NCBI RefSeq assembly: GCF_964194025.1
Contig: NC_134477.1
Coordinates: 17,360,001-17,424,000, forward strand
Reading direction: 5' to 3'
Source of the DNA: Convolutriloba macropyga
Taxonomy: Eukaryota
DNA: 64,000 nucleotides
Each line of letters begins with the position of its first letter. Positions within the stretch are counted from its first letter, which is position 1. The position numbers and the translations under genes are program-made. The notes below the pieces were generated by a model, which saw only the letters and a list, made by a program, of their open reading frames with translations, did not search any database and had not been told where the DNA came from. Positions 62,100-64,000 of this stretch are shown in pieces.

Positions 62100-62820
62100 G
62101 AGCCAACTGAAGTAAAAGCATTCACAGATGGATCAGCAGTCACAACAGAAACGGCGGTGCGGGAGTCTTCATCGTAGCTGGTGACGAGACTTGAAGTACG
62201 AAGACCAGCCAGGGTCAAATCGTTTAAAGTCATCACTCACTCGCTCTCCGCAGTGAATTCAATGAAACAACCCTGCGACTCAAATTCCCCCAAGAGCCAC
62301 CTCGAAGAACAAGCAATGTTACTCATTAAGGAATACAACGATAAATGGATAACCCCGCGCCTGATCTGGTGCTCAAGTCAGGTGGGGATAGACGGAAACG
62401 AAACAGCTGACAAACTGGCAGAGCAGGGAAGTAAGTTTGAACAAATTGCTGAACACCATGACACCGAAAAGAAAGCCATCAATAAGCACGTGAAGGAGGA
62501 GGCACCCAAAAGAAGAGGCATGGATGATAACCTAAGACGGAAAAAACAAGTGGACATCAGTAGGCTGCCTTCTAGCTACCATCCAGGGCTACGGCACTGG
62601 AGACTTAAGACAGGAAAATGCGAGACAGAACAGAGCAGAGCATGCAAAGAAGGGCCAGAAATGTCTGAACATATCCTGCTAAATTGCCCTGTCGTAGACG
62701 ACATGAGACAATAACAGAAAAGCTGAAGTGATACCTGGAAACACCCAAACATAACTCTTAATCTCTGGAACACCTGGATCGGGAGAGCGGGCCCTGATTA
62801 ACGCACACACACACACATGC
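62100..62820 (+). mobile_element. 3' fragment of an RNase H-bearing non-LTR retrotransposon
   Basis: AFTDGS, SLSAV, LIWCSSQVGIDGNETADKLA (RNase H), then SRL...H...C.....E...HILLNCP (C-terminal zinc knuckle) and a short (AC)n tail. Confidence 0.75.
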
Positions 62821-64000
62821 GCGCATGAACAACCTCTACCCAACAAAATATCCTGGAACCTCGATTGCAGCAGATTGATTCCCTTAGGAAAAGAGAGCCA
62901 ATTTTTGTCCTTAGATATGAAAAGTCAGTGAATGGACCCTATTTTTGCGCAGAGAGTTTTTACGCCAGTCGTTTTCAACAAAATTTGCTTTTGAACGTCA
63001 ATTTTGTTTTCGTATTTGTTTCATAGAGGTCTACATTTAAGGGCTGAAGATGGAGTTCCATCTCAACATCGTGACAGACATCACTTAAACAATCGCAAGG
63101 GAACCACGGAGTTCATTATGTCCCTTGTGGGTGTATCCTTTCGGACAGTGGAGGGCTTTAAACACAGCTAAATTTTTAATATGTCAATATTGCTCTTGAA
63201 TAGATCAAAACTTGCTTTTCAATAGTTCAAAACAATTCGATTCATTGGCGCACATTTCAGCCAAATTGATGCGCTTTTTTCACAGCAAAACTTTGTTCTT
63301 ATTAACTCCGCTGTCAAGTTTTGATCTTTTCTACTTGATACCAAGATTTTTGTACTCCTTAAAACTATTATTCGGTTTTAGGAAGTTTAGATTACCCTCA
63401 CTTACCAGCAACGAAGAAAAATTCTGGTATTTTTGAATGTAGTCGGGTTTGTCTTTTTGAATTTGAAGACCAGTTTTGACGGGTCTTCAATATTGGGTCT
63501 TGTACTATTCGAATAACCTAATCACTATTTGGTGACAAATTTGTATGGAAGGCCAGCTTTAATGACAAGAATGTCTACCGTCTTTGTCATCATTTTCTAA
63601 ATTTTTTGTGAACCATCATCAGGACACCATCAAATATTTAAAACACCACGATCCCCGATCTTTTGCACTTTGTCATTAACAAAACCTGCTCTGCTTTTTC
63701 ATAAAGATGTTGTTTTCTAACAACATGGCACTTAGTAAGATGAGAACCAAGTGTAGGACCAAATTTTTACAACGAGAAAAAACGATTTGCAGGTTATCAA
63801 TAGAGTTGACAACGTTACCATTCTACGCCTACCACTTTTAAATTGTGAAGGAAGCAATTCTCAATATTTTCAATAGAAGAGATTAGTTTCTTGTCAACAA
63901 TATCTGTTGACTAAATTCCACCACTTTTCTTTAGTAAAGCAATGCAGAACTTTCATGTTGACATGTATATGTCAAATCTTTTGAATTCATCAGCAGATGG

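Noticed and set aside
63400-64000. Possible degenerate element at the window end
   Set aside because: No diagnostic motif or open frame supports a call.

Overview
Eukaryotic (invertebrate metazoan-type), AT-rich, repeat-dense window. Bases 1 to ~33764 look like the right-hand part of one very large CACTA/EnSpm (CMC-superfamily) DNA transposon. It opens with at least 17 kb (~95 copies) of a homogeneous 180-bp satellite, which decays directly into a co-oriented gene cassette. The cassette holds two paralogous BEN-like genes, a SUV4-20-type (H4K20) SET domain apparently fused to a CACTA DDE transposase, and an SGNH-fold ORF. After it come an (ATT)n tract carrying a tandem, internally deleted Ty3/Gypsy LTR element, ~245-bp subterminal repeats, and a palindrome-rich terminus ending in ...CACTAGGG. 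The rest is host sequence: fragments of a coiled-coil gene, a CD-M6PR-like gene, a tubulin-tyrosine ligase gene, several LINE fragments, MITEs and microsatellites. The best candidate for an undescribed system is this satellite + BEN + H4K20-SET-transposase element. Domain calls come from motif recognition by eye; no searches were run.
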